A stretch of 64,000 nt of DNA from Planctomycetota bacterium (GCA_036338595.1 JAYZBV010000113.1:1-64000); one strand, 5' to 3'; positions 29,379 through 39,036 are shown, counted from the stretch's first letter. Translations and numbers: made by a program. Notes: generated from the letters alone by a model not told the origin.

Positions 29379-29553
29379 GACAGGATTGATCCGGACTGGT
29401 TCTGGATCGGAAGTGTGGTGAGATTCCACCGCGGTGCCGCCGCTGTAACCGGGGACAACCCCTGCAATTCCAGGTATTGCCTGGAACGCCACTACGGAGT
29501 GCCGTGGGAAGGCGCAGGGAGAGGACGATCCGGAAGTCAGAAGACCTCCTGTC
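29379..29553 (+). ncRNA. Cobalamin (AdoCbl-type) riboswitch
   Basis: Ordered conserved blocks GGAAG-TGTGGTGAGATTCCAC, GCGGTGCCGCCGCTGTAA, GCCACT...GGGAAGGC and B12-box-like AAGTCAGAAGACC. Closing stem GACAGGA(29379-85)/TCCTGTC(29547-53). Hairpin GATCCGGA/TCTGGATC. Lies directly upstream of the RBS of CDS 29600. Confidence 0.9.
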
Positions 29554-29599
29554 CCTGATTCTCGCTTGAGGTCAGGTCTCCGAGCAGAGAGGTTGACCC

Positions 29600-30976
29600 G
29601 TGCGACTGAATGACATCTCCATCACCATGCCGTATCGACGCACCCTCGCCGGCATCGGTTCAGCGCTCATCTTGTTCATCGGCCTTCCGCTGCTTTCACC
29701 CTCTTCGGCACAGGCTGCAGATCCTGTCGCAGAGGTGACCACGGTGATCCCAGGGGCTGTTGTCGATTCGCATCCGTATTCCGTGATCATCGACGATGAA
29801 CATCAGTTTGGATATGTTTCCGTCAGCGGAGATGTCGCCCCGTTTGGTGAGCCAGTCGATGCATTCAGTGCCCGACAGGTGGTCGAGTTTGACGCCAGAA
29901 CGCTCGAGGTCTCTCGGATCTTCGAGGTCGGGTATTTCCCTACCGAGTTGTTGTTGCACGATGGGGATCTCTGGGTGAGTTGCTCGACCGTGAGTACCCT
30001 GTTCCGGATCGACCTGGCCACTGGTTTTGTTCATTCAATTCCGATCACGGACAGCAGTGGATCCGATATTGGATACCCCTCGGGCCTGGCGCACGGTTTC
30101 AATGGTGAGATCCTGGTCGCGTCGAATGGTGGCAGTTTCGACGGTTCCGATGAGAATGTGCTGGTCATCGATCCTGTTACGGAACAGGTGCTGCAGAGAT
30201 ATCAGATCGCTGGAGGTATTTCAGTACTGGCTGCCCTCGATGATGGAAGTTTGCTGGTTCCGATAGGCTTCCCTGACGACGACTTCACTGCCGCACCGCT
30301 GCTCAGATGGATTGACCCGATCGATGGAGAAACGATTTCGGAACTCGAAATCGATGTCGATACATCGGATTTTCCTGCACCCAGCGATCTGGAGATTCTC
30401 GACGATGGAACTGCACTGTTGACGATCTTTGGAGGAAGTTCCGTTGTCTACAGGATCGACCTGGCGACCAGAAGTCTGTACGAGACTTACCCTCTCGAAT
30501 CTGGCGAAGTGGTGCAAACTTCGGTATGCCAGGGCGCTGGGGGCACATTTCTGGTCGCTGAATACTTCGCGAACACCGTATCCAGATACGACCTAGGTAG
30601 TGGAGCCTGGATCGAATCCCTGGCTGGTAATTTCCTTCCAAACCGGATCGCCAGTTCCGGTGGGAGAATATTCACCACTCAGCAGGGGTTGGAAATTGTC
30701 ACGGTTCACGCGGACTTCGATTCCTTCATTCGCTGTGATATCAACAGGGATCAGCAAGTCGATGTGGCAGACCCCATCTTGTTGCTGGGCTATCTGTTTC
30801 TGGGTGTGGCCATCCCCTGTCTCGATGCTGCTGATTTCAGTGACGATGGAGAACTCGATCTCTCGGATGCCATCGGATTGCTCTCTTTCCTCTTTTCACA
30901 GGGTAGCCCTCCAGCATACCCTTACCCCGTTGCCGGAGACGACCTGCACGAGGACAGCCTGGATTGTGACGACTAG
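29600..30976 (+). CDS. Secreted YncE/BtuG-like beta-propeller protein with C-terminal dockerin-like domain
   Basis: Signal peptide ending AQA; propeller blades (FEVGYFPTELL, FRIDLATG, LVIDPVT); C-terminal FIRCDINRDQQVDVADPI...CLDAADFSDDGELDLSDAI. Confidence 0.8.
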   Translation: MRLNDISITMPYRRTLAGIGSALILFIGLPLLSPSSAQAADPVAEVTTVIPGAVVDSHPYSVIIDDEHQFGYVSVSGDVAPFGEPVDAFSARQVVEFDARTLEVSRIFEVGYFPTELLLHDGDLWVSCSTVSTLFRIDLATGFVHSIPITDSSGSDIGYPSGLAHGFNGEILVASNGGSFDGSDENVLVIDPVTEQVLQRYQIAGGISVLAALDDGSLLVPIGFPDDDFTAAPLLRWIDPIDGETISELEIDVDTSDFPAPSDLEILDDGTALLTIFGGSSVVYRIDLATRSLYETYPLESGEVVQTSVCQGAGGTFLVAEYFANTVSRYDLGSGAWIESLAGNFLPNRIASSGGRIFTTQQGLEIVTVHADFDSFIRCDINRDQQVDVADPILLLGYLFLGVAIPCLDAADFSDDGELDLSDAIGLLSFLFSQGSPPAYPYPVAGDDLHEDSLDCDD

Positions 30977-31015
30977 CCCAGTTCGAACTGATCTCGGATC
31001 CAGAAAGGATCATGT

Positions 31016-32278
31016 ATGAGCGACAGAAATCTGCACCTCCTCAGCCTTTGTATCGCAGTGCTTCTCATCCCCACTCCGATGCTGGCTCAGGGAACCTGGT
31101 ACGGGGATCAAGATGCACTCTGGAGGCAGCAAGATGGCGTGTCACAGCCGTTGGCTGACCTGGGAAACGATCTTCGTTCCATCGCTCGAACGGCAGCGGG
31201 AGGCGGCTGGATTGCCATCGATGGCCAGAGTGAGGTGGTCCATGTTGATCCCGCTGGAGTGGTCCTGGAAGTGGTGGATACCGACGTCGGGGTCCAATCC
31301 CTGGCGATAGATTCGACGGGTAGGGTGTGGGGGACGCGACCCGCACTCGATGATGTCATCGTCATCATGGCGGGTGAGGGAATCGTGGCTTCTCATGGCG
31401 TGGGGTCGGTGCCATACGGAATCACGGTGGATACCCTGGATCGAATCTGGATCAGTTGCTCCTACGGGAATGTGGTTCAAATTCTCACCTCCGATGGCGA
31501 CCTGGAGCAGGAGCATGCCGTCGGATTCTTCCCGACGGGGATCACGGCGTCTCGTGACGGCGGAGTATGGCTCGCCGAGAAGGAAGGTTTACGAAGGATC
31601 TCTTCCGGTGGAGTGACGATATGGAGCGGAGTAGCGGGAGTCTTTCCCATCGGAGTCACGACAGATCTCCTCGGGCGAGCATGGTTTTCTTGCCAGTCCA
31701 GTCACCAGGTGGTCGTGGTCGGGGATGAGGGAGTGGAGAACATCATCGATGTACCCCTTCGTCCCCTCGGGATCAGTGGAAATGGCGACGGAACCGTCGC
31801 TGTTCTGTGTCGAGACGGCTCCGTCGTTGTCCAGCTGGATCCGACGGGCCAGATCATCGAACAGGAGCTGGTAGAGACGCCGATTGGCAGTGGCGACCTT
31901 TCGGGGTTGAGCCGGGCTCTGGTGGTGGATCCGTCGGGAGATGTGGATAGCGACGGGGTCTCCAATCATGCGGAGGCTCAACTCGGATTCAATCCTCTCG
32001 ATGCGGCTTCGACTCCGGCAGTGTTCATTCGAGGAGATGCGAATCACGATGGAGTTGTCGATCTCTCGGATGGGATCGAATCTTTACTGGTGATCTTTGG
32101 GATCACGAGCAGTTCCTGCCTGGAAGCTCTCGATGTCGATGACGATGGTCGACTGACTCTGTCGGATCCGATCAGGATCTTTGACCATGTGTTCGGGGAG
32201 GGGCCTGCTCCCGGGACGCCGTATCCCGAATACGGTCCAGATCCGACTCCGGCGGATGGCTTTCCCTGTACTCCCTGA
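31016..32278 (+). CDS. Secreted Vgb/NHL-like beta-propeller protein with C-terminal dockerin-like domain
   Basis: Signal peptide; repeats PYGITVDTLDRIW, PTGITASRDGGVW, PIGVTTDLLGRAW; DVDSDGVSN..E...GFNP Ca-binding-like repeat; FIRGDANHDGVVDLSD...CLEALDVDDDGRLTLSDPI. Confidence 0.8.
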   Translation: MSDRNLHLLSLCIAVLLIPTPMLAQGTWYGDQDALWRQQDGVSQPLADLGNDLRSIARTAAGGGWIAIDGQSEVVHVDPAGVVLEVVDTDVGVQSLAIDSTGRVWGTRPALDDVIVIMAGEGIVASHGVGSVPYGITVDTLDRIWISCSYGNVVQILTSDGDLEQEHAVGFFPTGITASRDGGVWLAEKEGLRRISSGGVTIWSGVAGVFPIGVTTDLLGRAWFSCQSSHQVVVVGDEGVENIIDVPLRPLGISGNGDGTVAVLCRDGSVVVQLDPTGQIIEQELVETPIGSGDLSGLSRALVVDPSGDVDSDGVSNHAEAQLGFNPLDAASTPAVFIRGDANHDGVVDLSDGIESLLVIFGITSSSCLEALDVDDDGRLTLSDPIRIFDHVFGEGPAPGTPYPEYGPDPTPADGFPCTP

Positions 32279-32524
32279 GGGGTTCTGGCACCATGTTGGC
32301 GAGCGGGGTTGCATTCGGATGGCCGTCCATGTCATGATGGGTGGGTCCTGTTCCTCTCCGGGGGAACTTCACGACGATCCTCAATCGGGGATCGTAATGG
32401 CGCCCTGTAATCCATCTCCTGAGAGGGATGAATAGTAGGACGCATTTCTACAGATGAACTGACCTCTCGCTCCTCATGTCAGGAACAGTGGAGAGTCGGT
32501 ACCCCGAATCGAAGGGGGATATGA

Positions 32525-33313
32525 ATGGATAGCAAGGTCGATCCGGAGCACCAGATCGCCGTTTTCGTGGACCTTGACAACATCGCTATTGGAGTCAAGG
32601 AAGCCAAACTCACCAGCCTGGACATCAAGAGAGTGCTCGACCGACTGGTCGAGAAGGGGAAGATCACGGTCAAGAAGGCCTATGCAGACTGGTCCAACTG
32701 GACCCAGTACAAGCGTCCTTTTCACGAGTGTGCCATCGAAATGATCGACATTCCTCAAAGAAAGATGTCCGGAAAGAACAGTGCAGATATCAAGATGGTT
32801 GTCGATGCACTGGAGCTTTCTTACTCGAAGCCCCATGTCGACACCTTTGCTCTGATATCCGGAGACAGCGACTTTTCGCCACTGGTATCCCAACTGCGCG
32901 AGAATAACAAGAAGATCATCGGGTTGGGAGTGAAGCACTCCTCGAGCAATTTGCTCATCGACAATTGCGATGAGTTCATCTTCTATGAGGATCTGGTCAG
33001 GACCAGAAAGAAGCGCTCTCGAAAGACAACCAAGAAGGTGTCCAGGAAATTGTCCAAGGACCAGGTTGCGGCCTTCTCGCTGCTAATCAGTTCCATCGCC
33101 GCGTTGCAGCGCGAGAACTATGAACTGATCTGGGCGTCGATGGTCAAGCAGACGATGAAGAGAAAGCAGCCAACGTTCAGCGAGGAATATCACGGATACA
33201 CTCACTTTTCAAAGCTGTTGGTGGATGCAGAGAAGGAGAAGTTGATCAAGGTGCACAAGGATCAGAGAAGTGGCACCTACATCATCGATGAGTTGTTAGA
33301 GGACTACATCTAG
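32525..33313 (+). CDS. NYN domain protein with C-terminal OST-HTH/LOTUS-like domain
   Basis: AVFVDLDN, KKAYADW, GKNSADIKMVVDA, SGDSDFSPL, CDEFIFY; PTFSEEYHGYTHFSKLL. Confidence 0.9.
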   Translation: MDSKVDPEHQIAVFVDLDNIAIGVKEAKLTSLDIKRVLDRLVEKGKITVKKAYADWSNWTQYKRPFHECAIEMIDIPQRKMSGKNSADIKMVVDALELSYSKPHVDTFALISGDSDFSPLVSQLRENNKKIIGLGVKHSSSNLLIDNCDEFIFYEDLVRTRKKRSRKTTKKVSRKLSKDQVAAFSLLISSIAALQRENYELIWASMVKQTMKRKQPTFSEEYHGYTHFSKLLVDAEKEKLIKVHKDQRSGTYIIDELLEDYI

Positions 33314-34134
33314 CACCGATCAGGAAGGTCCTCTGCCTGGCAGGGGACCTTCATCGTCTTTCCTGATCCCAGTGCGAATGCGATCAACTCGCCGCCATAT
33401 ACACACCCCGCATCGATGCTGATGTGTTGGCGATGTCGGTGCAATCCGAGAGAGGCCCAGTGCCCGGAGACGGTCGATTGGTCTTCCGTCTTGCGACCAG
33501 TCACCTGGAACCAGGGAGTCACCTCCGGCGGGAAGGAGGCGGGAGGGCCGGTCAGCCCATCCGCCAGTGAACCATCGGCATGGACACCTCTCATCCGGGT
33601 CAGTACCGCTGCTGTGAAACTTTCACGGCAGGAATCATCCTGGTACCAGGTCCAGTCAGCGGATTGAATCGCGAGTGACAGGTGCTCGGCGCGTTCGACC
33701 AGCTCGGACACGCTCCAGTCGGGATGGATGCCAGCGTGGGTGATGATGTGGTTGCGGGTATTGTCGCTTCTCTCGAGGCTGACCAGCGGTCTGCTGGCCA
33801 GCCAATCGGGCCAGTTCCATGGCAGCGTGTCGGCGAGTGCCTCTTCGAGCCCATCGCTGGCACGAGCGACCGACTGATCATGATATCGAGCCAGAAGATG
33901 CAGATCGTGGTTGCCCAGGATCACCTTCGCACAATCACCGAGTGCGTGTACCGATTCCAGGACAGCAAGACTGTCTCGCCCTTTACCGACGAGATCTCCG
34001 AGAAAAAGGAATCGAGCACTTTCTGATTCCCGTCGCAGATTCTCCAGCATCAATTGCAAGGTCCGATGGCAGCCATGAACATCTCCGATGACCCAGGTCT
34101 CGGTGAACTCTGGATCTGACGGTGAGTCACTCAA
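33310..34134 (-). CDS. apaH: Symmetrical bis(5'-nucleosyl)-tetraphosphatase
   Basis: IGDVHGC, LGDLVGKG, LGNHDLHLL, HAGIHPDW, LTRMR, GHWASLG, DAGCVYGG; TTG start at 34134 after GGAGG. Confidence 0.9.
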   Translation of the reverse strand: MSDSPSDPEFTETWVIGDVHGCHRTLQLMLENLRRESESARFLFLGDLVGKGRDSLAVLESVHALGDCAKVILGNHDLHLLARYHDQSVARASDGLEEALADTLPWNWPDWLASRPLVSLERSDNTRNHIITHAGIHPDWSVSELVERAEHLSLAIQSADWTWYQDDSCRESFTAAVLTRMRGVHADGSLADGLTGPPASFPPEVTPWFQVTGRKTEDQSTVSGHWASLGLHRHRQHISIDAGCVYGGELIAFALGSGKTMKVPCQAEDLPDRC

Positions 34135-34240
34135 TGCGCCTCCAATGTCGACGTTGGCACCAGTGCTGGCAGCCAACCGGACAGGGTATTTGAACTCGTG
34201 AAGTCGCCTGGAAACAGTGGGGTACCCCCAGGCCACCGAG

Positions 34241-34277
34241 AAAAAGACAAGCACCGGGAGTGGTCGCTCCCGGTGCT
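34241..34277 (-). terminator. Intrinsic terminator downstream of tRNA-Arg
   Basis: On the minus strand, AGCACCGGGAG-cgacca-CTCCCGGTGCT followed by TGTCTTTTT. Confidence 0.7.
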
Positions 34278-34285
34278 GATTCGAA

Positions 34286-34358
34286 TGACCCTGGCACGAT
34301 TCGAACGTGCGACACCCGGCTTCGGAGGCCGGTGCTCTATCCACTGAGCTACAGGGCC
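34286..34358 (-). tRNA. tRNA-Arg(CCG)
   Basis: GGCCCTG/CAGGGTC acceptor; CCGGC-CT CCG AA-GCCGG anticodon arm; GTTCGAATC T-loop; no encoded CCA. Confidence 0.96.
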
Positions 34359-34484
34359 CTGGTGCATGAGGATCGGGTGTCAGAGGCAGAGCGCCCTGCA
34401 TCCCGACCAGTTTTCTAGCAGAAACGGTCACTGGAATCCACACGCACTGGTTCCACGACGAAAGTTCCTGCACAATCTTCACCC

Positions 34485-36092
34485 ATGGCTTCCCTCCCTT
34501 CCTCCATCCGGTTGTTTCTGGGACTGGCTGGCGCGATGGTGATGGGCCCCTGGTTTCTACGAGACTCCGGCAGTTCAGATTTACTGGTTGTCACGGTGAG
34601 TATCGGAGCACTCACAGTGGTCTCGCTCATCGACAGTATCGTTAGAATCCGCATCGGACGTTGGCGCGGAGCCGTGCCAGGCTTGCTGGTCTTTGGCCTG
34701 TGCATCGGAGCACTCACCTCCTCACGTGAAGTATTGATCATCCTGGCCTCTGTTCTTGCAGTTGGCTTCTCGATGCTCGAGGGGCTCTCCTATCTGCTCG
34801 ATCGGCTTCGACGCGGAGGAGTTGCGGTGATCCTGGGCTTCCTCATCGCTCCGGTACTGGTCGGATCCATATTGCTGATGCTTCCTCGATGTCAGGCCGG
34901 CGACGATCCTTTGACCTATTCCGATTCCCTGTTCACGGCGGTCAGTGCCGTGACAGTCACCGGTCTCACCGTCATCGATGTCGGTTCTCGCTTTTCACCT
35001 GAGGGGCACTGGGTACTGCTGGTGTTGATCCAACTGGGCGGACTGGGAGTCGTGAGTTTGTTCGCGATCTTTGCCCTGGTGCTGGGCAATGGACTGGGCA
35101 TCCGGCAAGGGCGAGCATTGCGCGACGCCCTGGATGGGATGGGTGGCGGTGAACTCCGAGGACTCTTGAGAATCATCGTGGTCTCGACTCTCGCCATCGA
35201 ATTGATCGGAGCACTGCTTCTACGACTTACGGGAGATTCCAGCGCATCCTTTGTCAGTTCGTTGTTTCATTCGGTCAGTGCCTTTTGCAATGCTGGATTT
35301 TCTCTTCATGAGAACTCCTTGCAGGGTTGGGGTGTCAGTTCGCAGGGCGTGATGGCGATCTTGATCTTGCTGGGAGGAATCGGTTTTCCGGTCCTGCTCG
35401 ATCTCTGGCGAAGATATGGCAGGCGTGAGACCTTGCGCTTGCAACTTCAGTCCAGATTGAACCTTTCGGTCAGTGTTCTGCTTCTCCTGGGAGGCACCTT
35501 TCTGCTTTATGTCACCGGAGCTGGAGCAGATTGCTGGTTCTGGTCAGTGACCGCAAGGACCGCCGGTTTCAACACCTCCTCCACGGGAATGTTGCCTCTG
35601 TCGAGTACCTTGATCTTGATGTTTCTGATGTATATCGGTGCTTCGCCTGGCTCCACCGGAGGTGGATTGAAGACATCGACCCTGGGAGTACTGTTCCTGG
35701 CGACCCGCGCCGAGGTACAGGGTTCGGGACAGGTGGTTGCCTGGAAACGTCTGATTCCAGATACAGTGATTCGTACTGCAGCGGTACTGACTCTCGTCGG
35801 CACGATGATGTGGTTGGTTCTGGTACTCTGCCTGCTCAGTGTGGAATCAACGGGTGGCACAGCGGCTGAATTTGGATTCATCGATTACGCCTTTGAAGTG
35901 ACGAGTGCGCTGGCAACGGTCGGTTTATCAAGAGGCTTGACTCCAGATGTCGGCGAATTGGGAAGAGTCATACTGGAGGTGGCGATGATCTTTGGCAGGC
36001 TTGGCCCCCTGGCACTGGTACTTGCAATGGCTTCCATTTCGCCGGTGGCAAGCAGGGGAGAACGTCCCACGGGGCGGGTCATGCTCGGCTAA
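34485..36092 (+). CDS. Ktr/Trk potassium uptake membrane subunit (KtrB/TrkH family)
   Basis: Four pore motifs SAVTVTGL, SAFCNAGF, TARTAGFN, SALATVGLS; GASPGSTGGGLK; GRLGPL. Confidence 0.93.
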   Translation: MASLPSSIRLFLGLAGAMVMGPWFLRDSGSSDLLVVTVSIGALTVVSLIDSIVRIRIGRWRGAVPGLLVFGLCIGALTSSREVLIILASVLAVGFSMLEGLSYLLDRLRRGGVAVILGFLIAPVLVGSILLMLPRCQAGDDPLTYSDSLFTAVSAVTVTGLTVIDVGSRFSPEGHWVLLVLIQLGGLGVVSLFAIFALVLGNGLGIRQGRALRDALDGMGGGELRGLLRIIVVSTLAIELIGALLLRLTGDSSASFVSSLFHSVSAFCNAGFSLHENSLQGWGVSSQGVMAILILLGGIGFPVLLDLWRRYGRRETLRLQLQSRLNLSVSVLLLLGGTFLLYVTGAGADCWFWSVTARTAGFNTSSTGMLPLSSTLILMFLMYIGASPGSTGGGLKTSTLGVLFLATRAEVQGSGQVVAWKRLIPDTVIRTAAVLTLVGTMMWLVLVLCLLSVESTGGTAAEFGFIDYAFEVTSALATVGLSRGLTPDVGELGRVILEVAMIFGRLGPLALVLAMASISPVASRGERPTGRVMLG

Positions 36093-36109
36093 GATGGCAT
36101 CAGGGCCGG

Positions 36110-36769
36110 TCAGGAACGGCTACCCAGTTGTTCAAGACGGTCCTTTGAACCGAGCAGGTACACCTGGTCAGTGGCCTCAAATGGCTTTTCAAGAGCAGGT
36201 GAGAAATCGGCGACGGAGTCACCTTCTCGGCAGACGCAGATGATATTCACCGCATGGTTTTGACGAATCCCGATGTCGGCGATGCTTCTACCCACCCAGG
36301 GTTCGGGAACCGTTACCTTCACGATGGCTTGATCTGCTGCCAGCGGTACGGAATCGACAGAATTGGGGACGGTCAACCTGAGGGCCATGTGCTCCGCTGC
36401 TTTTTGCTCCGGTGAAAATTGCTCCGTGGCTCCCAGTTTTTCGAGGATATAGCTGGCGGTGTCGCCGTGGCTTCGCACGAAGATCTCCTGAATACCCAGA
36501 TCCTTTGCAATCGTGGTCAAGAGAATGCCAGGCAGAGGTGTTTCTCCGATGCAGACCACCAGCACCTCGACACCTTCCAGATGGTCGCGGACAGCCTCCT
36601 CGTCCAGAATATCAAGGGTCATGGCATCGTCGCAATACTCGGAGACCTCCTGGATTTTTCGAGAATTCTTATCAATGGCGAGAACCTCGACCTTTCGATG
36701 GGCAAGATCGCGAACCAGTGATGACCCGAACTGTCCCAGTCCTATTACAGCGATCCGTTTATTTTTCAT
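36110..36769 (-). CDS. Ktr/Trk RCK regulatory subunit (KtrA/TrkA family)
   Basis: IAVIGLGQFG Rossmann motif, VVCIGE, LEKLGA..SPE, C-terminal TrkA_C (GRSIADIGIRQNHAVNII). Confidence 0.92.
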   Translation of the reverse strand: MKNKRIAVIGLGQFGSSLVRDLAHRKVEVLAIDKNSRKIQEVSEYCDDAMTLDILDEEAVRDHLEGVEVLVVCIGETPLPGILLTTIAKDLGIQEIFVRSHGDTASYILEKLGATEQFSPEQKAAEHMALRLTVPNSVDSVPLAADQAIVKVTVPEPWVGRSIADIGIRQNHAVNIICVCREGDSVADFSPALEKPFEATDQVYLLGSKDRLEQLGSRS

Positions 36770-36784
36770 CCGTGGCTCCCTAGT

Positions 36785-37747
36785 TCAAAACCCAGTGCTC
36801 TTGACGATGTCCAGCTTCAAGAGGCGCAGTTCGCGGCTGATCTGAAGGTATCGTGTTCTGGATCGATATACCTGTGTTCCGTATGCATCGAGCCAGGATT
36901 GCCAGTTGTCTATCTCCTCGAGGATCTGGGGCCGCTGCTCGGTTGGCAATCCATCGCGAAGTAGCTGCCGGATCGACTTCTTCCAGCGAGTCAACTGGAG
37001 AGGCGTTTTGCCACCAGCACTGGCAACGACTTCACCACTGATCTCACCTGGCTTACTTCGGAGTAACAGTTCGAGTGGCCTGGCTCTGGCAGCAGGAAGC
37101 AAGTGGAGCAGCACCTCGGGGCCTCCATGCTGCAACCAGTGCCGCCATCGCGTGTCATCGATCGATTCGTTGCGGGAAAGGGCATCGAGGATGTCAAGAG
37201 TATCGGCGATGCCGCCACCCACGAGCAACGGGGTATCGACATCGTCGGGTGTGACACGGGTGGCGAGGATTTCAGATGCAGGAATCCGGACCACAGGACC
37301 ATCGGGCAAAACCACTTCGGCAAAACCCGATCGAAATCGCAGTGACCTGTGAGCGAGTAAGGAATCCCCTTTCAGACGAAGAAACCGGATCGGCTGCATC
37401 GAGGGAGTACGGTGATCCTTCAACTGCAGCAATTCACGCTGACAGATCACTTCGATGCGGAGACTCTCTTCTTGCTCGGTTCGAGGTCTCGGATCATCGA
37501 TCTCGAGGGAAGGATCGACCTGCGACCACGATTTCAGCTGTGCCGATAACTGTTGAATCTGGTCATCGGTCCATGCAGGAGCCATCGGATCCTCCTGTAC
37601 CGATACCGATTGGGATCCTGGTAAGGGATCGGTGCTCTCATTCCCCTCACCGGTCGTTGTGAACACGACCTCGGGGGGGCGGCCATGGAGAGCCTGTAGA
37701 AGTACCAGGGTCGCCAACAGGGCGCAGATGGTCAGCAGTCTTGTCAT
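36785..37747 (-). CDS. Hypothetical exported protein
   Basis: 320-aa ORF with N-terminal hydrophobic segment; ATGA-coupled to the upstream GH113-like gene. Confidence 0.6.
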   Translation of the reverse strand: MTRLLTICALLATLVLLQALHGRPPEVVFTTTGEGNESTDPLPGSQSVSVQEDPMAPAWTDDQIQQLSAQLKSWSQVDPSLEIDDPRPRTEQEESLRIEVICQRELLQLKDHRTPSMQPIRFLRLKGDSLLAHRSLRFRSGFAEVVLPDGPVVRIPASEILATRVTPDDVDTPLLVGGGIADTLDILDALSRNESIDDTRWRHWLQHGGPEVLLHLLPAARARPLELLLRSKPGEISGEVVASAGGKTPLQLTRWKKSIRQLLRDGLPTEQRPQILEEIDNWQSWLDAYGTQVYRSRTRYLQISRELRLLKLDIVKSTGF

Positions 37748-38823
37748 CGGTCGACCTGGCTTCCTCTCTGGAAGAAATCGTGGATCAACGTCTGAGCCGG
37801 TTTCCCCGCTGGAGTGTAACTCCGGTCATGCTCGCCGCCATCTTCATGCAGGGCGTAAAAGAAGGTCCCCGCAACAACAGGATCGCTGGAAAAGGTATCG
37901 ATGAAGGCCTGGTACCCGCGCGTCTGCATCGCGAGATCCACACCGTAATCTGAAACATGGTCCCAGGGGCGCTCGAGGCCGTGTGTGTGAGAAGGGTAGC
38001 CCAGCTCGCTGAAAAATATGGGGATCCCCGATAACCGGGTCCACCCATGAATCTGTCCTCGCACCGGTAGCCAGCGCGCGATCAGAGCCTCTCTGTGTAT
38101 TTCCGATCCGTCGCTCAGAGGTATGTAGCCATTGATACCGAGGGCGTCGAGATGCCTCGCAAAGGCAATCTGCTGCCAATCGTCCCAGTTCGCAGAGTAA
38201 CTGATCCAACCGGAGAAGATCTTGCGCACCTCATCGACGGTATGCTGCCACTGCATCGTGTGGCTCTGGAGTGAGGAGAGTTCACTGCCGACGAAGAGCA
38301 GATCAGCACCCGCGCGTTCAGAGAGGGCAGCGATGTTGCCGATCCACTGGCGATAGTACCTGAACCACCTCGCCAGATTCTGAGGATCGAGTTGGCCTCT
38401 CCAGTGCGGATCGGTCGGATCCTGAATCAGTAAGAGTGGGTGGATGGCGACCTTGAAGCCGAGCGCTTTTGCCGACAGGATCGCTCCTGAAATCTTTTCG
38501 TTGGATGGGGCGCGCCTGTCTGCGATCGGGAAACTGGCCGTGTCAAATCGCCGCTGGTAGGTGGGGAACGCGATCTGAATCCAGGTCGCGCCCATATCGG
38601 CGGCTATCTGTAAATTGTCAGGAAATCGAGCGGGAGGATCCTCACCCATCAACAAGATGGTGATGCCCTCGGGATGGGGCCAGGGATGTGTGTGCTGCTG
38701 ATCTGGAGCCGATGCGTGGCTCGACTTCATCAGATCACGAGGGGCCAGCGGAGAGACGATCAGGAGAATCAGCACGGGTGCCAGGGCCAGAAGTAATCTC
38801 GTCTGCACGAAAAATTCTCCCAT
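37744..38823 (-). CDS. Glycoside hydrolase family 113-like TIM-barrel protein
   Basis: HWRGQL, WFRYY, FVGSEL (acid/base), ISYSANWD, GINGYIPL, FSELGY (nucleophile), YTPAGKPA. Confidence 0.8.
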   Translation of the reverse strand: MGEFFVQTRLLLALAPVLILLIVSPLAPRDLMKSSHASAPDQQHTHPWPHPEGITILLMGEDPPARFPDNLQIAADMGATWIQIAFPTYQRRFDTASFPIADRRAPSNEKISGAILSAKALGFKVAIHPLLLIQDPTDPHWRGQLDPQNLARWFRYYRQWIGNIAALSERAGADLLFVGSELSSLQSHTMQWQHTVDEVRKIFSGWISYSANWDDWQQIAFARHLDALGINGYIPLSDGSEIHREALIARWLPVRGQIHGWTRLSGIPIFFSELGYPSHTHGLERPWDHVSDYGVDLAMQTRGYQAFIDTFSSDPVVAGTFFYALHEDGGEHDRSYTPAGKPAQTLIHDFFQRGSQVDR

Positions 38824-39036
38824 TCCACTCGAGTCCACCGCCTCGCAGTTCGATCCGGGGGATGGACAGCAGCAGATCTCCAAGCCAGAAACAGGGCACG
38901 ATGACAGCGCCGTCGCTTCTCGGAGGAGAGATTCTGGTATCCAACGACCGGATCCAGGGTACAGATCGACGACTCCGTGGCCAGTGCTCTTCTGTCGTCA
39001 GGGTGGTGTGGATGGCCTGGAACTGGAAGGCATAAG

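Noticed and set aside
29250..29558. Short ORFs 29250..29492 (-) and 29343..29558 (+)
   Set aside because: They coincide with the cobalamin riboswitch and show no protein motifs.
34135..34482. N-terminal extension of apaH in the ORF track (33310..34482)
   Set aside because: It runs through tRNA-Arg and its terminator. A TTG at 34134 with GGAGG gives a normal-sized (274 aa) ApaH.
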